From Mayamaea pseudoterrestris (taxonomy: Eukaryota): 64,000 bases of DNA. The stretch is taken from NCBI GenBank assembly GCA_027923505.1, contig BROI01000015.1, forward strand, positions 496,001-560,000, read 5' to 3'. Both the position numbers and the translations under genes were made by a program. Below are positions 44,502-54,946 of this stretch, in pieces; positions within the stretch are counted from its first letter, which is position 1, and every line of letters starts with the position of its first letter. The notes under the pieces are model-generated. The model ran no database searches and was not told the DNA's origin. It worked only from the letters and a program-made list of their open reading frames with translations.

Positions 44502-46376
44502 TCAATGCGTTTCGTCGACGTAACGAGATGCCTTGTGGCGCTTCCTCGCATTTCCAGCATCTTCGTCTGAGGTGAGCGTGACTTGGTTGCGCATTCGCGG
44601 CACCTCTGGCATGTCTCGTCCGTCTGCTTGGGCAGCGTAGGCCTCCTTCATCCGAGACATGTTACTCTTGCTAATGACCGTATGCTCGACAATAGGATGT
44701 GGGTAATTTTCGCCAACTATCACGCCGCAGTTTTGTTGCGTCGCCAAGGGTGCCTTCCAAGGCTCATAAATAAATTTTGCTGGAAACCGCTTAAACTGCG
44801 GGAGCCACTTTCGAATATAGTTACCTTCCGGATCAGTCTTTTTTCCAAAAGCGACAGGGCTGTAGCATCGAAAGTACTGGTAAAAGTGTGCCGTACAGCT
44901 AAGCCATTGCCAGTTGAAATTGTTAATGCTCCAGTCGGCGTCGATGAGCAATTCTTCAAAGACTGCAGCGCCCTGCTCCCAGGATTGCCACAAGTCACCC
45001 CTCGTCAAAAAGCAGGCCACGGCGTGTCGGGCAAGATGATGGATCCAACCCGTCTCGCGTAGTTGCGTCATGATGGCGTCGATGAATGGGTATCCAGTGC
45101 GTGAGTTTCGCCAGGCTGCCAAAAGCTCGGGATCATTGTCCCAAGGGATTTGGCGAGCAACTGGATTATTCAGCATGTGTTCAAAATTGGGCGTTGTGTA
45201 GCCAGTGAGTGTATTGAACTCGCGCCATAACAATTGACCATGCAGTGTGACTTGAAGCGGCTCGGGAAGCTTCTGTTTATACTTGGTAGTGTACACTTTT
45301 GTCAGTTCATTGTAGAATCGCAAGGCTGACAAGCAGCCATGCTTCACGTAGGGGCTCAAGCCAGTGGTGTCAACTTTGAGGGCGTTTGGAAGGGTGTTTG
45401 GCTTCTCAAATTTACCGACCCAGTCAGCCCGAGCCATTTGCTGCTCCAACAACTTTAAAGCGGCTTTTTCGCCACCACAAAAGTTTAATCCTGCCTTGTG
45501 GCGATGTGCCAGTGCAGCCTTAACGTCAGTGTAACCCAAATGTTTCTCCATGACGGAAACAGGGTCCGCCAACTCTTCGTCTGTCAGCAATGTCATGTGC
45601 TCCTTTAGCTCTTGTAACATCTTGGAGTCATTTTTGTCCCAGGGTAATGGAGGAAAAGCATCAGGTGTCAATGGTGGCACTTCGTCTCGCAACTTCATCT
45701 TGACAAATATTTTGCGAAAGCCTTCAAACTGTGAGGGAGCAACGTGATCCTTACATCGCTGCACATATGATTCAAGCGGATGGAGTGTATGTGTCGAGTG
45801 GGCGCGAATCGTGACGCTGGTCGTTGCTTCCTGCTGGCGAACATGCTGGAGAATCGCTGCGTCCTGCGCCCGAACCGGTGCGGCTGGGTCTTGCTCATAG
45901 TACAAATGACTACTCTTTGTAGCGCGCAGAATGGTCGGCAGTACTTGCTTAGGGTCGCCGACAGCAACCATAATGTCAATGTTTTTCTCTAGCTTCAACT
46001 CTCTAATACTTTCGAGTATAAAATTTGCTCGGATAGCTCCAGCTCCAAGGTCGTGCGATTGAGCGAAGGGGGCGCTCGGATCAATGATAAAGACGGGAAG
46101 AAGGTGCGATGACTTGTCGCAAGCATCAGACAAACTTGGGTTGTCATGGAGCCGTAATGCATTGCGAAACCAGTAGACAGAGCGATGCTTGGTTTCGTCG
46201 GCGTCGGTTACAGTATCCCTGGACGATTTCTTAATTGACTTCTTTTGATTGTACGGATTCATCATCGCGTTGGTGACAGAGCGACAGAACTGTCCAGTCT
46301 CGTAAAGTCTGCGGACTCTAGCTTGATAACTCGTGCTGCCTAATTGGAAGGACGTTGTATAGATGAATCGTCGCAT
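44502..46376 (-). CDS. CPF1: Cryptochrome/(6-4) photolyase family protein (diatom CPF1 type)
   Basis: YWFRNALRLHDNP, TTGLSPY, TGYPFIDAIMTQLRETGWIHHLARHAVACFLTRGDLW and DADWSINNFNWQWLS. The start may be at 46265. Confidence 0.93.
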   Translation of the reverse strand: MRRFIYTTSFQLGSTSYQARVRRLYETGQFCRSVTNAMMNPYNQKKSIKKSSRDTVTDADETKHRSVYWFRNALRLHDNPSLSDACDKSSHLLPVFIIDPSAPFAQSHDLGAGAIRANFILESIRELKLEKNIDIMVAVGDPKQVLPTILRATKSSHLYYEQDPAAPVRAQDAAILQHVRQQEATTSVTIRAHSTHTLHPLESYVQRCKDHVAPSQFEGFRKIFVKMKLRDEVPPLTPDAFPPLPWDKNDSKMLQELKEHMTLLTDEELADPVSVMEKHLGYTDVKAALAHRHKAGLNFCGGEKAALKLLEQQMARADWVGKFEKPNTLPNALKVDTTGLSPYVKHGCLSALRFYNELTKVYTTKYKQKLPEPLQVTLHGQLLWREFNTLTGYTTPNFEHMLNNPVARQIPWDNDPELLAAWRNSRTGYPFIDAIMTQLRETGWIHHLARHAVACFLTRGDLWQSWEQGAAVFEELLIDADWSINNFNWQWLSCTAHFYQYFRCYSPVAFGKKTDPEGNYIRKWLPQFKRFPAKFIYEPWKAPLATQQNCGVIVGENYPHPIVEHTVISKSNMSRMKEAYAAQADGRDMPEVPRMRNQVTLTSDEDAGNARKRHKASRYVDETH

Positions 46377-46965
46377 TAATGGTCTGCTTCCTTCGTCACC
46401 TCATTGCCATGGTGTCGCGATTCGAGATCGACGATGAATCGCAATGGATGAGTCAGTGTTTCAGTCGTGTCAAACGCCAGTCACTATGCACGTCTTTTCA
46501 TACGCGCTTGTAGGCACGAATCGATCCTGTGTGTCACCCGCGCCGGACCGGCGATCCGAGCAGTCATCGATCGTTTTCTTCGTTGCTGCCACCCTCACGA
46601 TGGTTACTTTCGCATGCTTCCTTGATGAGAACCTGATCAAGTGAAGCCCTCGTTTGCAGTAACGGAGTCTCGGTCACTTGCTCTCGCTCCGTTTTTATTT
46701 GTCTTTATCTACAACAGCTGATTACGCCACGCAGAATCTTTCTTGCACGCAAGTCCTCAGACCCACTTCTAAGAGTCGTTTGTGCATTCAGGTTTGCCAG
46801 AACTTGACAAGAATACCCGAGATTGTCGCAATTATCTGTATTGAGGTATTTTACTTGCTATAACCTTCGAGACTGCCAACAATCCACCGGTCTTGCAAAA
46901 GTTGCACGAGCTCATTTTTTCTTTGCCGTTACACTTGAAGAGTCACACGAGTCACGTCGTCGATC

Positions 46966-48394
46966 ATGGGGGTACATTGCAGCAAACCACGCAATCAATT
47001 AGCAAGCCCGACTGCGAATTCGACGTCTGATGGCTTGTTGGATCCATTCATGCACCAGCTTGAACAGCGCTCGATTGAATACACGACCGGCGAATCTCCT
47101 GGTCAGTTGGGACAGTTGCATTTATTGCACAAGCAGCAGCGGACTGTACGTTCCTTTCCTGGTGCATCCTCCGCCAACAGCAGCAATAGCAACAAGCAAT
47201 TACACCATCATCCGACTCGCTTAATTGTCCGCCGACGACCTGTTCGAACCTGCGAGGAGGGTTTGAGCGGCACGCACATTTACGCGGTTCGCTATCCAGC
47301 CAATCAACCTTTGAAGCGAGAAATTGTTCAGCATCAGCAAGCTTCCGAACAAGCTCCGCCGAGACCATTGACAAGGTCGGAAGCGAGACCGAAACCTGCA
47401 ACAGCGGCGGTGGCTCCTCAGTCTGCCATGCCGCCAATGAATGCGAATGTTAAACCGTCTGCCTCTACTTCGGCGCAGCAAGCGCAAGCAAAAATACTAG
47501 CAGCATCCAGTTCCATGGGATCGAACAAGAGTGATGACAAGGACAAGGAAAAGAAGGATGTACCGTCCCAGGATCACTTGTTTGCGAAAGAGACAATGCT
47601 TGCGACTCCACAGTCGAAAGGTGAGACTTGGAAACGAATGTATTTCTACTGCACTATCGTTGTGTTTAATAAATTTCCTTATTCTTTTTGCTCCTGCAGT
47701 CAAGGATTGGGTAACTGTTAGTGATGAGCATAAGATTTACATTGCCGACGTTGGCTTGACGCCGGCGCAATGTGACTTGCTTGTGCAAATCACCGAATCG
47801 GTTTGCCGCGGCCAGTACGCTGCTTATACATACGCCAAGCAGACGCTAGGATGTCGCGAATTTCCTGCATTAGCGCAAGCCTGTCAGGAAGCTGTTCACA
47901 CGGTGGTGCATGCGATTGTCGATTTTTCGGGGAACGCGAAACTATTGCTTGACGACCGAGAACCGCACATGGTCAAGTACGACGACACGAAGCGGGAGCG
48001 ACAAAAGCTGGACATGCACACGGACAAGTCTGAGTGGACATTTTTGATATCATTGTCGGATGGAAGTGGATTGGATTATGATGGCGGAGGCACCTATTTT
48101 GAATGTTTGGATGCGACGGTGCATATACAACGCGGGCATGCTCTCATATTCCCTGGCAAACTGCGGCACTGTGGGCAACGTATTACTAGAGGATTACGGT
48201 TCTTGTTGGTGGGATTTTTGGTCGACAAGGGAGTAATGCCAACATTGCCGACTCTGCCTACATTGCCCACTGGACCGACTGCTAATACTACTGCTGTTGC
48301 CGCGGGGACGGCACGTTCTAGTCACGGAGCTACGAATACTGGAAGAAAAGCTTCCACAGCCACGGATGCGGTGATGAGCAAGCTTTACACCTAA
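46966..48394 (+). CDS. 2-oxoglutarate/Fe(II) oxygenase (prolyl/lysyl hydroxylase-like), 2 exons
   Basis: VKY...LDMHTD (HxD), GGGTYF, LRHCG (distal His) and RFLLVGF. Intron 47621-47699. N-terminal MGVHCS may be acylated. Confidence 0.85.
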
Positions 48395-48813
48395 GAACAA
48401 TGAGGCAGGAGGCATTCGTTTGCGTTGCAAAATGTGTCGGTCAGCTGTTGTGTTTAAAATAATTTGCGGTTTATGAACGCGAAGCGCGCCATGGTGTTGT
48501 AAAACGTTTGATAGATGATAATGATCCATATATAAATATATTAAACTTACTGAAGAGTCTCTCAGGAGAGGAAGCAAAGTCAAATACAACACTCCCTGGG
48601 CGATGTTGTGGTGAAGGTTGTGCGGTCACTCTGAACCAACCTTGGCAATGAAATAGCTCACGAAGCCCTGACCTCATGTGACCAATACCCAGTTAAACAT
48701 TTTGTATTGAGTTGGCTGCGAAAAAACGGTGTCATGGCTCACTGGTCAACCTCGAAGTCAGCTATCATATTTATTTTTGTATCGCGAAGCAGTGCTGCTC
48801 CCCGAGCACGGAT

Positions 48814-48843
48814 GGCGCGCGCCGCGCCGCGCCGCGCCGCGGC
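48814..48843. repeat. Pure G/C tract with (GCCGC)4
   Basis: GGCGCGCGCCGCGCCGCGCCGCGCCGCGGC in the intergenic region upstream of the PKG-like gene. Confidence 0.85.
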
Positions 48844-49090
48844 TCGCGTGGCGAGAAATTTCATGGTCGACGTCTCACTCCATCAGCCTTCGTCGACTGA
48901 CAGCAAGTGGCTTAAGTTCTTCTGTTTGTTTATTTATATAATATTATATCCGAGTTTGGTGCTTGTCATCGGCTGCTGCTAGGTGTCGTCTAGTAGAGTT
49001 GACTCGAGGCACGGCGGCTGAGGCAACTCGCAAGCAACTTCATTCTGTGATCAATCGTTTCTGACTGCCGCTTCCTTTCGCACCAACACC

Positions 49091-52074
49091 ATGGGATGCA
49101 CTCCCAGCAAAGATTTGACAAATGCGAAGATAGTTGATACTGACAAGTCTTCCTCGCCACCTGAGGCAGACGAAGAGAGTCCTCTCTCGTCAATGCTCAG
49201 TCCTTCCGTCGCCATGCAGAACCTTTTGCATCGCCACTATTTGATTGACATGAGCACGGCAGCAGGAAGGAGTTTGCAGTCTGCTATACTCGTCGGGGGT
49301 CAGCAAGTAAAAAAGACGATACAGAGTGGAGAAAAGGGATTTCGCGAGGCCTCGCATCAAGTTCCCCGACACTTGCGCAATGTCTTTGCCAAGCCCATTG
49401 AACTCATTGTCAATGGTGCTAGTATGACAATACCGGTCTATCCCAAGACACCGAGGGAGAAGGAATATCTGGAAAATGCACTGAAGCACAACTTTATCTT
49501 TGAAAATCTGGGTCGAAAACAAATATTTCCAATGGTCCAGGCGCTCGAGCAGCACATTGTGACAGCAGGAACTACGATTATTGAACAAGGCGACGAAGGC
49601 GACTACTTTTACATTTTGTTCGAAGGAGAATGTGACTTTATATTGGACGACGAAAAGGTTGGGACGGCTCACAAGGGCGACTCATTTGGTGAACTCGCAC
49701 TGCTCTACGACGCTCCGAGAGCCGCGACGGTCAAGGCTGCGACAAACTGCGTGCTGTATCGGGTTGATCAAGTAGCATTTCGACTCATTCTCAGGGAGCA
49801 GGCTCAAGCAAAGGAGTCGTCAAAGTTGGAGCTGTTGAAAAAGGTTCCGTTCTTGAAGGATGTAGATTCGATGGAGCTGGAGAGACTAGCGGATGTCATG
49901 ACGCCTCGAACGTTCACGGCAGGCCAAACATTAGCGTCAAAAGGCGACGAGGTCAGAGCATTTTGGTTGCTAGAGAGCGGCACGGTCCAGCTTTCGAACA
50001 TTGGTGATGGGAACATTAAATACGAAGACATTGCTATCAAAGCGGGTGACTTCTTTGGCGAGTTTGCCATTGCGAGCAGCAGGCCAACCATTGCGGACGC
50101 AGTTGCCAAAGAAGATGGGATGGCCTTTGTCATCGACCGAGAAACGTTTGAGAAGGTGCTGGGTAAGCTTGACCGCATTATCATGCGTTCCACGGATCGG
50201 AAGAAGCTTGTAAGTATGACGAATTTCTTGCGCTATGTCGTCATGTGGGCGATTCACGTTCTAACCTGCTTGGTACATGCAGAGCGGAATTAAAATTATT
50301 AAAGATACAGAGCTGGACACAACGACAATCGCCACGCTTGCGAGCTATATATCTGACCGAAAATGGAGAGCAGGTCAGAGGATTATGGTGGAAGGAAAGA
50401 GTATGGAAGCTGGCCTATACCTTGTGCGTAAGGGAAAGGTGCAAATCGTCAACAAAGGCAAGGCCCACAAGGAAATTTTGGGCGAAGGATGCTACTTTGG
50501 CGACGATCAGTTGATGACAGATGCGAAACGTAGATCGAACGGTCCGGATGATCCCACCACTTGCAAAGCCATGTACACGGTTGAGGTGCTTGAAGACTGC
50601 GTTTGCGGAATTCTTTGGCTCGCAGTGCTGCGCAATTGTCTGGATTCAAAGATGCTTGGGCAGCCGCATGCATCACTATTGGATAGTCTGATTGCCCGGC
50701 AGATACCAATGAATGAACTAAACAAGCATACGATACTTGGTACGATCAGCTGCTTTGGGTAAATTATTTATCGCATGCGTCGCATCGCTAACGTTGTATT
50801 TATAGGTAGCGGGACATTTGGACAGGTTTGGCTGGTACGTTCGCTAAGGCGAAGCAAAACTAAAAGGCACTGAGTCGAGCGTAAGTCTCACTTTGCCCCT
50901 GCGTATCTGGTCTATTTCCGCAGGTGTCTCGAGTCAAGTCATCCGGTGAACGCCAACCGTATGCGCTCAAGGTTCAATCAAAGTATGAGCTTGTTGATTC
51001 GGGCCAAGCAAGGGCTGTTGTCGAGGAGAAGAATATCATGGCAGGGCTCCACTCTCCATTCCTGATTTCGCTTGTCACGACATACAAGGATGTAAATTGC
51101 GTTTACATGCTGATGGAGCTTGTGCAAGGAGGCGAATTATACAGCGTCATGGTGAATGGAGGAGGAGGAATGCACGAGGACAAGGCTAAGTTTTATATTG
51201 CTGGCATTGCGGAAGGACTATTGTACATGCACCGTCGAGGTAAGTGAGCCGCGACTGGTGTATGATCTTTGCAGTCAGTCTTGAAGGGCGAAGAGTTAAA
51301 GCTCACACTTTCTCTGCATCCTTCTTGCTACGCAGGAGTTGTGTACCGCGACTTGAAACCAGGTACGAAAGCTAGCGGACGAATCTTTTGTTTAGTTATG
51401 TATGGCTCACACAACTCTTTATTGATGCAATAGAAAACGTTTTGATCAGCAACGCTGGCTACCCTGTTATCATTGACTTTGGTTTCGCGAAACGTGTGAG
51501 GAATAAGACGTACACTCTCTGTGGCACTGTAAGTCATCTTGAAGGCGTTTGCTTCTCGCCGTCTCAGCTACCATTCATGACAACTGACTATTTTTATTAC
51601 CAGCCCCTTTATCTGGCACCTGAAGTGATACTAAATCGTGGCCATAACTGGTCTGCCGATCACTGGTCGCTCGGAGTTTTGATCTATGAAATGCTTGTCG
51701 GTCACACGCCTTTCTATCGCAGCGGAATGGACCAGTCGGAGCTATTCAAGTCGATTGTAAGAAGCAAATTCCATATTCCCAGGCGATGTTCTCAAGGAGC
51801 TGCGGAAATTATCAGCGGTTTGTTGATCAAGGACCCCTCCATGCGGCTTGGTAGCTTGGCTGGAGGCGAGTCAGACATCCTTAACAGCACGTTTCTTGGA
51901 GTCATTGATATGGTCAAGCTGAGAAAGCATACGATCAAACCGCCGCAAGTTCCCATCATTAGAGATCCGCTGGATGCGTCGAACTTTGAGGATTGGAGCC
52001 ATTTGGATGATAAATCGAAGCTAGATTATCCGAGGTTAAACGAGGAGAAGGAACTAATTTTCGATGGATTTTAA
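49091..52074 (+). CDS. cGMP-dependent protein kinase-like (three cNMP-binding domains plus AGC kinase), multi-exon
   Basis: MGCTPS acylation motif, FGELALLYDAPRAATV, GSGTFG, YALK, YRDLKP, DFGFAK, YTLCGT and YLAPE. Confidence 0.92.
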
Positions 52075-52308
52075 GGCTGACATACATCGACGCCATTTTT
52101 TGTTCAATAAGTTGCTGTTCTATAATAATGTGCTGATAGCTTGACAACGTGAATACCTGAGGTTGTCTGTCAATGGTCTTCTCGACAGTCGCACTCTTTG
52201 ACAGCGCAAAGCCTGTATATTCGAAGGCGCGAGGACGTTCACGCCGAATCCAAAGCCAAATGGCAAAGAAAGATGAAGACTGACCAAATATGTAGCATCT
52301 TGTTCGGT

Positions 52309-52887
52309 TCACAATGAAGGAAATGGCCCTCGCATGTCGGGATCCATTCCTTGATACTCCATTGTCGCTCTGTCGCCGTTAAAATCAGGCGACCGTTTAT
52401 CCTTCACGAAAATGACTTCCCCAGTAATTTCATCCGTCACTTGATCGAAATCTTTGAGTTCTTCCTCGTCGGCAACATTGACTTGCACAATCTCCCGCAT
52501 GCAGGCGTGCAGCCACATGGCGGCTCGTCCAAGGACAGTTTCACGCCGATGCCAAAATTTGCCAGACAAGGAGAGCACAACTTCGGGACCGGATAGTTCG
52601 ACAAAAGCCATATTTCCAGTGATTCCAATATCGTTCGCCCTTTTGTGGCAGCCAAACATTTGTGTACCAAAGTCAGAGTCGATCAAGAGTGCAAGGCAAT
52701 GTTGAACGTTTTCTTCGTCGAGTGGCAAGCGCAGTGGCACTGCATCGGATCGCCAATTATCGTACTCATTTCGCAGTGACGAGATGCATTTAGAATATGC
52801 AAATTTTGGGCGTACATTGCATTTTGTAAAGGCTTGGACGGGAATAAGAAGGTGAAACAATAGCAACCAACAGGTGACGGCCATCAT
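52309..52887 (-). CDS. Plastid-targeted protein with a NifU-C-like domain
   Basis: Signal peptide plus VQA-F. GNMAFVELSGPEVVLSLSG resembles the NifU_C core. Confidence 0.65.
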   Translation of the reverse strand: MMAVTCWLLLFHLLIPVQAFTKCNVRPKFAYSKCISSLRNEYDNWRSDAVPLRLPLDEENVQHCLALLIDSDFGTQMFGCHKRANDIGITGNMAFVELSGPEVVLSLSGKFWHRRETVLGRAAMWLHACMREIVQVNVADEEELKDFDQVTDEITGEVIFVKDKRSPDFNGDRATMEYQGMDPDMRGPFPSL

Positions 52888-53377
52888 CGGATGACGATAC
52901 TGTCGTGTCCTTCTGAGATGAACGGTCAAGTATACACTTAAATGTCCTTTCGTACTGCAGTGCTTATCTACTGTTCATTAGTTTTGTTTTGTAGTGAGTA
53001 AGCTAGTGGTTTGTCGAGTCATACCTCGATAGTTATGAGCAGCATAATATTGTGGAGGTGTGCGCCGTAGTCGATGGGACGTGGATGCCCATCGGCGATA
53101 ACGTCGCACCGTTGTTCAGGGGAATCTTCACCTCCGCAAGGGGCCACAAATCCTCCAATCGACGACGGCGCAAAGAGTTGGCACATCCGATTGTCTGATT
53201 ATCGCAGCTTGCATCAGTCTAACTCTTCTAGTTGAATCAACATCTACTATTCTACTGGTAAGGGTCTGCGATGTGCAATATCGTTATTTCCGCACATTTG
53301 AAGACCATGGTAAGTGTTTCTGTTACACGCACCAGGATACTCACACTTTGGATTCCGGATTCCTTTCTAGGTCTATC

Positions 53378-54010
53378 ATGTTTTCCTTGGCTCGATCTAG
53401 CATTTCCGCTCGCGCACAAACCATGGCCGTTCGCTCCTTTTCCACGGCTGCGGAAACTAACTCTCACAGGCCAGTTATCCAGCTCCACGGTCGTCATGCT
53501 CGCTACGCCAATGCTACATACATTGCCGCGTCTAAGAATGGTCAGCTTGACAAGGTTGACTCGGAGCTCAAGGGTTTGCTTGCCTCGGCGCAATCGTCCA
53601 AGCAGTTTGCTTCCTTTTTGGAAAATCCGTTGATTAGCCGCGATGCCAAGACCAAGTACGTATCTGGCTTTGACCAGCTCTCGCCCATTACACGCAACTT
53701 GCTAGTAACCTTGGCTGGAAATGCTCGATTGGCGGAACTACCCAAGGTGGCCGATACCTTTGCCCAGCTCATGAAGGCCAAGCGTGGCCAGATTGATGCC
53801 AAAATTATTAGCGCCGAGGCGCTCACGCCGGCGCAGCTCAAGGAAGTGGAGGCGGCCATGCAATCGCAGGTGCCAAAGGGCAAGACTGTGATTATTGAGG
53901 CGCTTACGGATCCGTCGATTGTTGGAGGCTTGCAGGTTGTCATTGGTGATCAGTTCTTGGACTTGTCGGTCAAGAGTCGTATTGAGGAGATTTCGCGCAT
54001 GCCTTTGTAA
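53378..54010 (+). CDS. ATP5PO: Mitochondrial ATP synthase OSCP subunit
   Basis: Mitochondrial presequence, HGRHARYANATY, FLENPLI and DPSIVGGLQVVIGDQFLDLS. Confidence 0.95.
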   Translation: MFSLARSSISARAQTMAVRSFSTAAETNSHRPVIQLHGRHARYANATYIAASKNGQLDKVDSELKGLLASAQSSKQFASFLENPLISRDAKTKYVSGFDQLSPITRNLLVTLAGNARLAELPKVADTFAQLMKAKRGQIDAKIISAEALTPAQLKEVEAAMQSQVPKGKTVIIEALTDPSIVGGLQVVIGDQFLDLSVKSRIEEISRMPL

Positions 54011-54159
54011 ATCACGGTGGTTTGATGACTAGTTTGAGATGCCATGCGGCGATGACGATAAGATTCTACTGTAGCACCATCCCGTTACTAGATAACAAAT
54101 CATGGTCAGTATGTGTCGTATGCATCTATTAACTTGGTAGTGTACTGTATCCTTGTAGC

Positions 54160-54654
54160 TCATTCTTTGCCACTCGCCTTTGGCGCCTCTTGTTGTTCCT
54201 CCATTCGCTTCTCCCTTTGAAATTCGTCAAGAAGCTCTTTCGCGCGATACACTTTAGATTGCAGGTAAAAACTTCCTCCTTTGGAAATGTCATTGGCTGC
54301 CATGTATCGCTCGTATTGCTATCAAGGTATAAAAAACCAATGCGAGTTAGAAGCGCACGACTCGTCATCGGCAGTGCATCGACACACATATCAACATATC
54401 ACGACTCACGACTCACGACTCACTTTTTGTATCGCTTCTGCTGTTGCTTCTTGCTCTGATAGATTTAGTATTTGCAGTGCTTCAGACTTTGTCAGCGTTT
54501 TGCGCATCATATTCTTGGCAGCCTCCTCGCCCGACATGCCTGCCTTTCGTGCGTTCTGCAGCGCCTGGCTGTAAGCGGCCGGCAAGGCGCGGGCCAACAC
54601 TGCCACCAGCGGCACCACCATTTGCAGCACCAGTCGAACGAGTGGTCCTGCCAT
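54160..54654 (-). CDS. PAM16: Mitochondrial import motor subunit PAM16/Tim16, 2 exons
   Basis: EALQILNL...IQK/QYERYMAAND..KGGSFYLQSKVYRAKE. Intron 54319-54423. Confidence 0.93.
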
Positions 54655-54946
54655 TGTATATATATATCGCCTTTTGGGGCTGTAAAATAATGTTTGACAA
54701 GGCTCGAGTCGTCACTTCGAACAAGAAACTTCTGCGACGGAACAACGAATCGCGCTCATGGCGAAGGTGCGTGACGCAAAGTGAAAGGGTTATGGGCCAA
54801 CTTCTGCTAATTCCAGCAACACTGCATAGTTCAAAGGTTTTTATTATACAGACACTACAGCTGCGAGTACAATGCCTAAATCGATTAAACAAAGATGCGA
54901 TTTATAATATAATGCTCCTGCATTATTTAAAGTAGCGGCCGCAATC

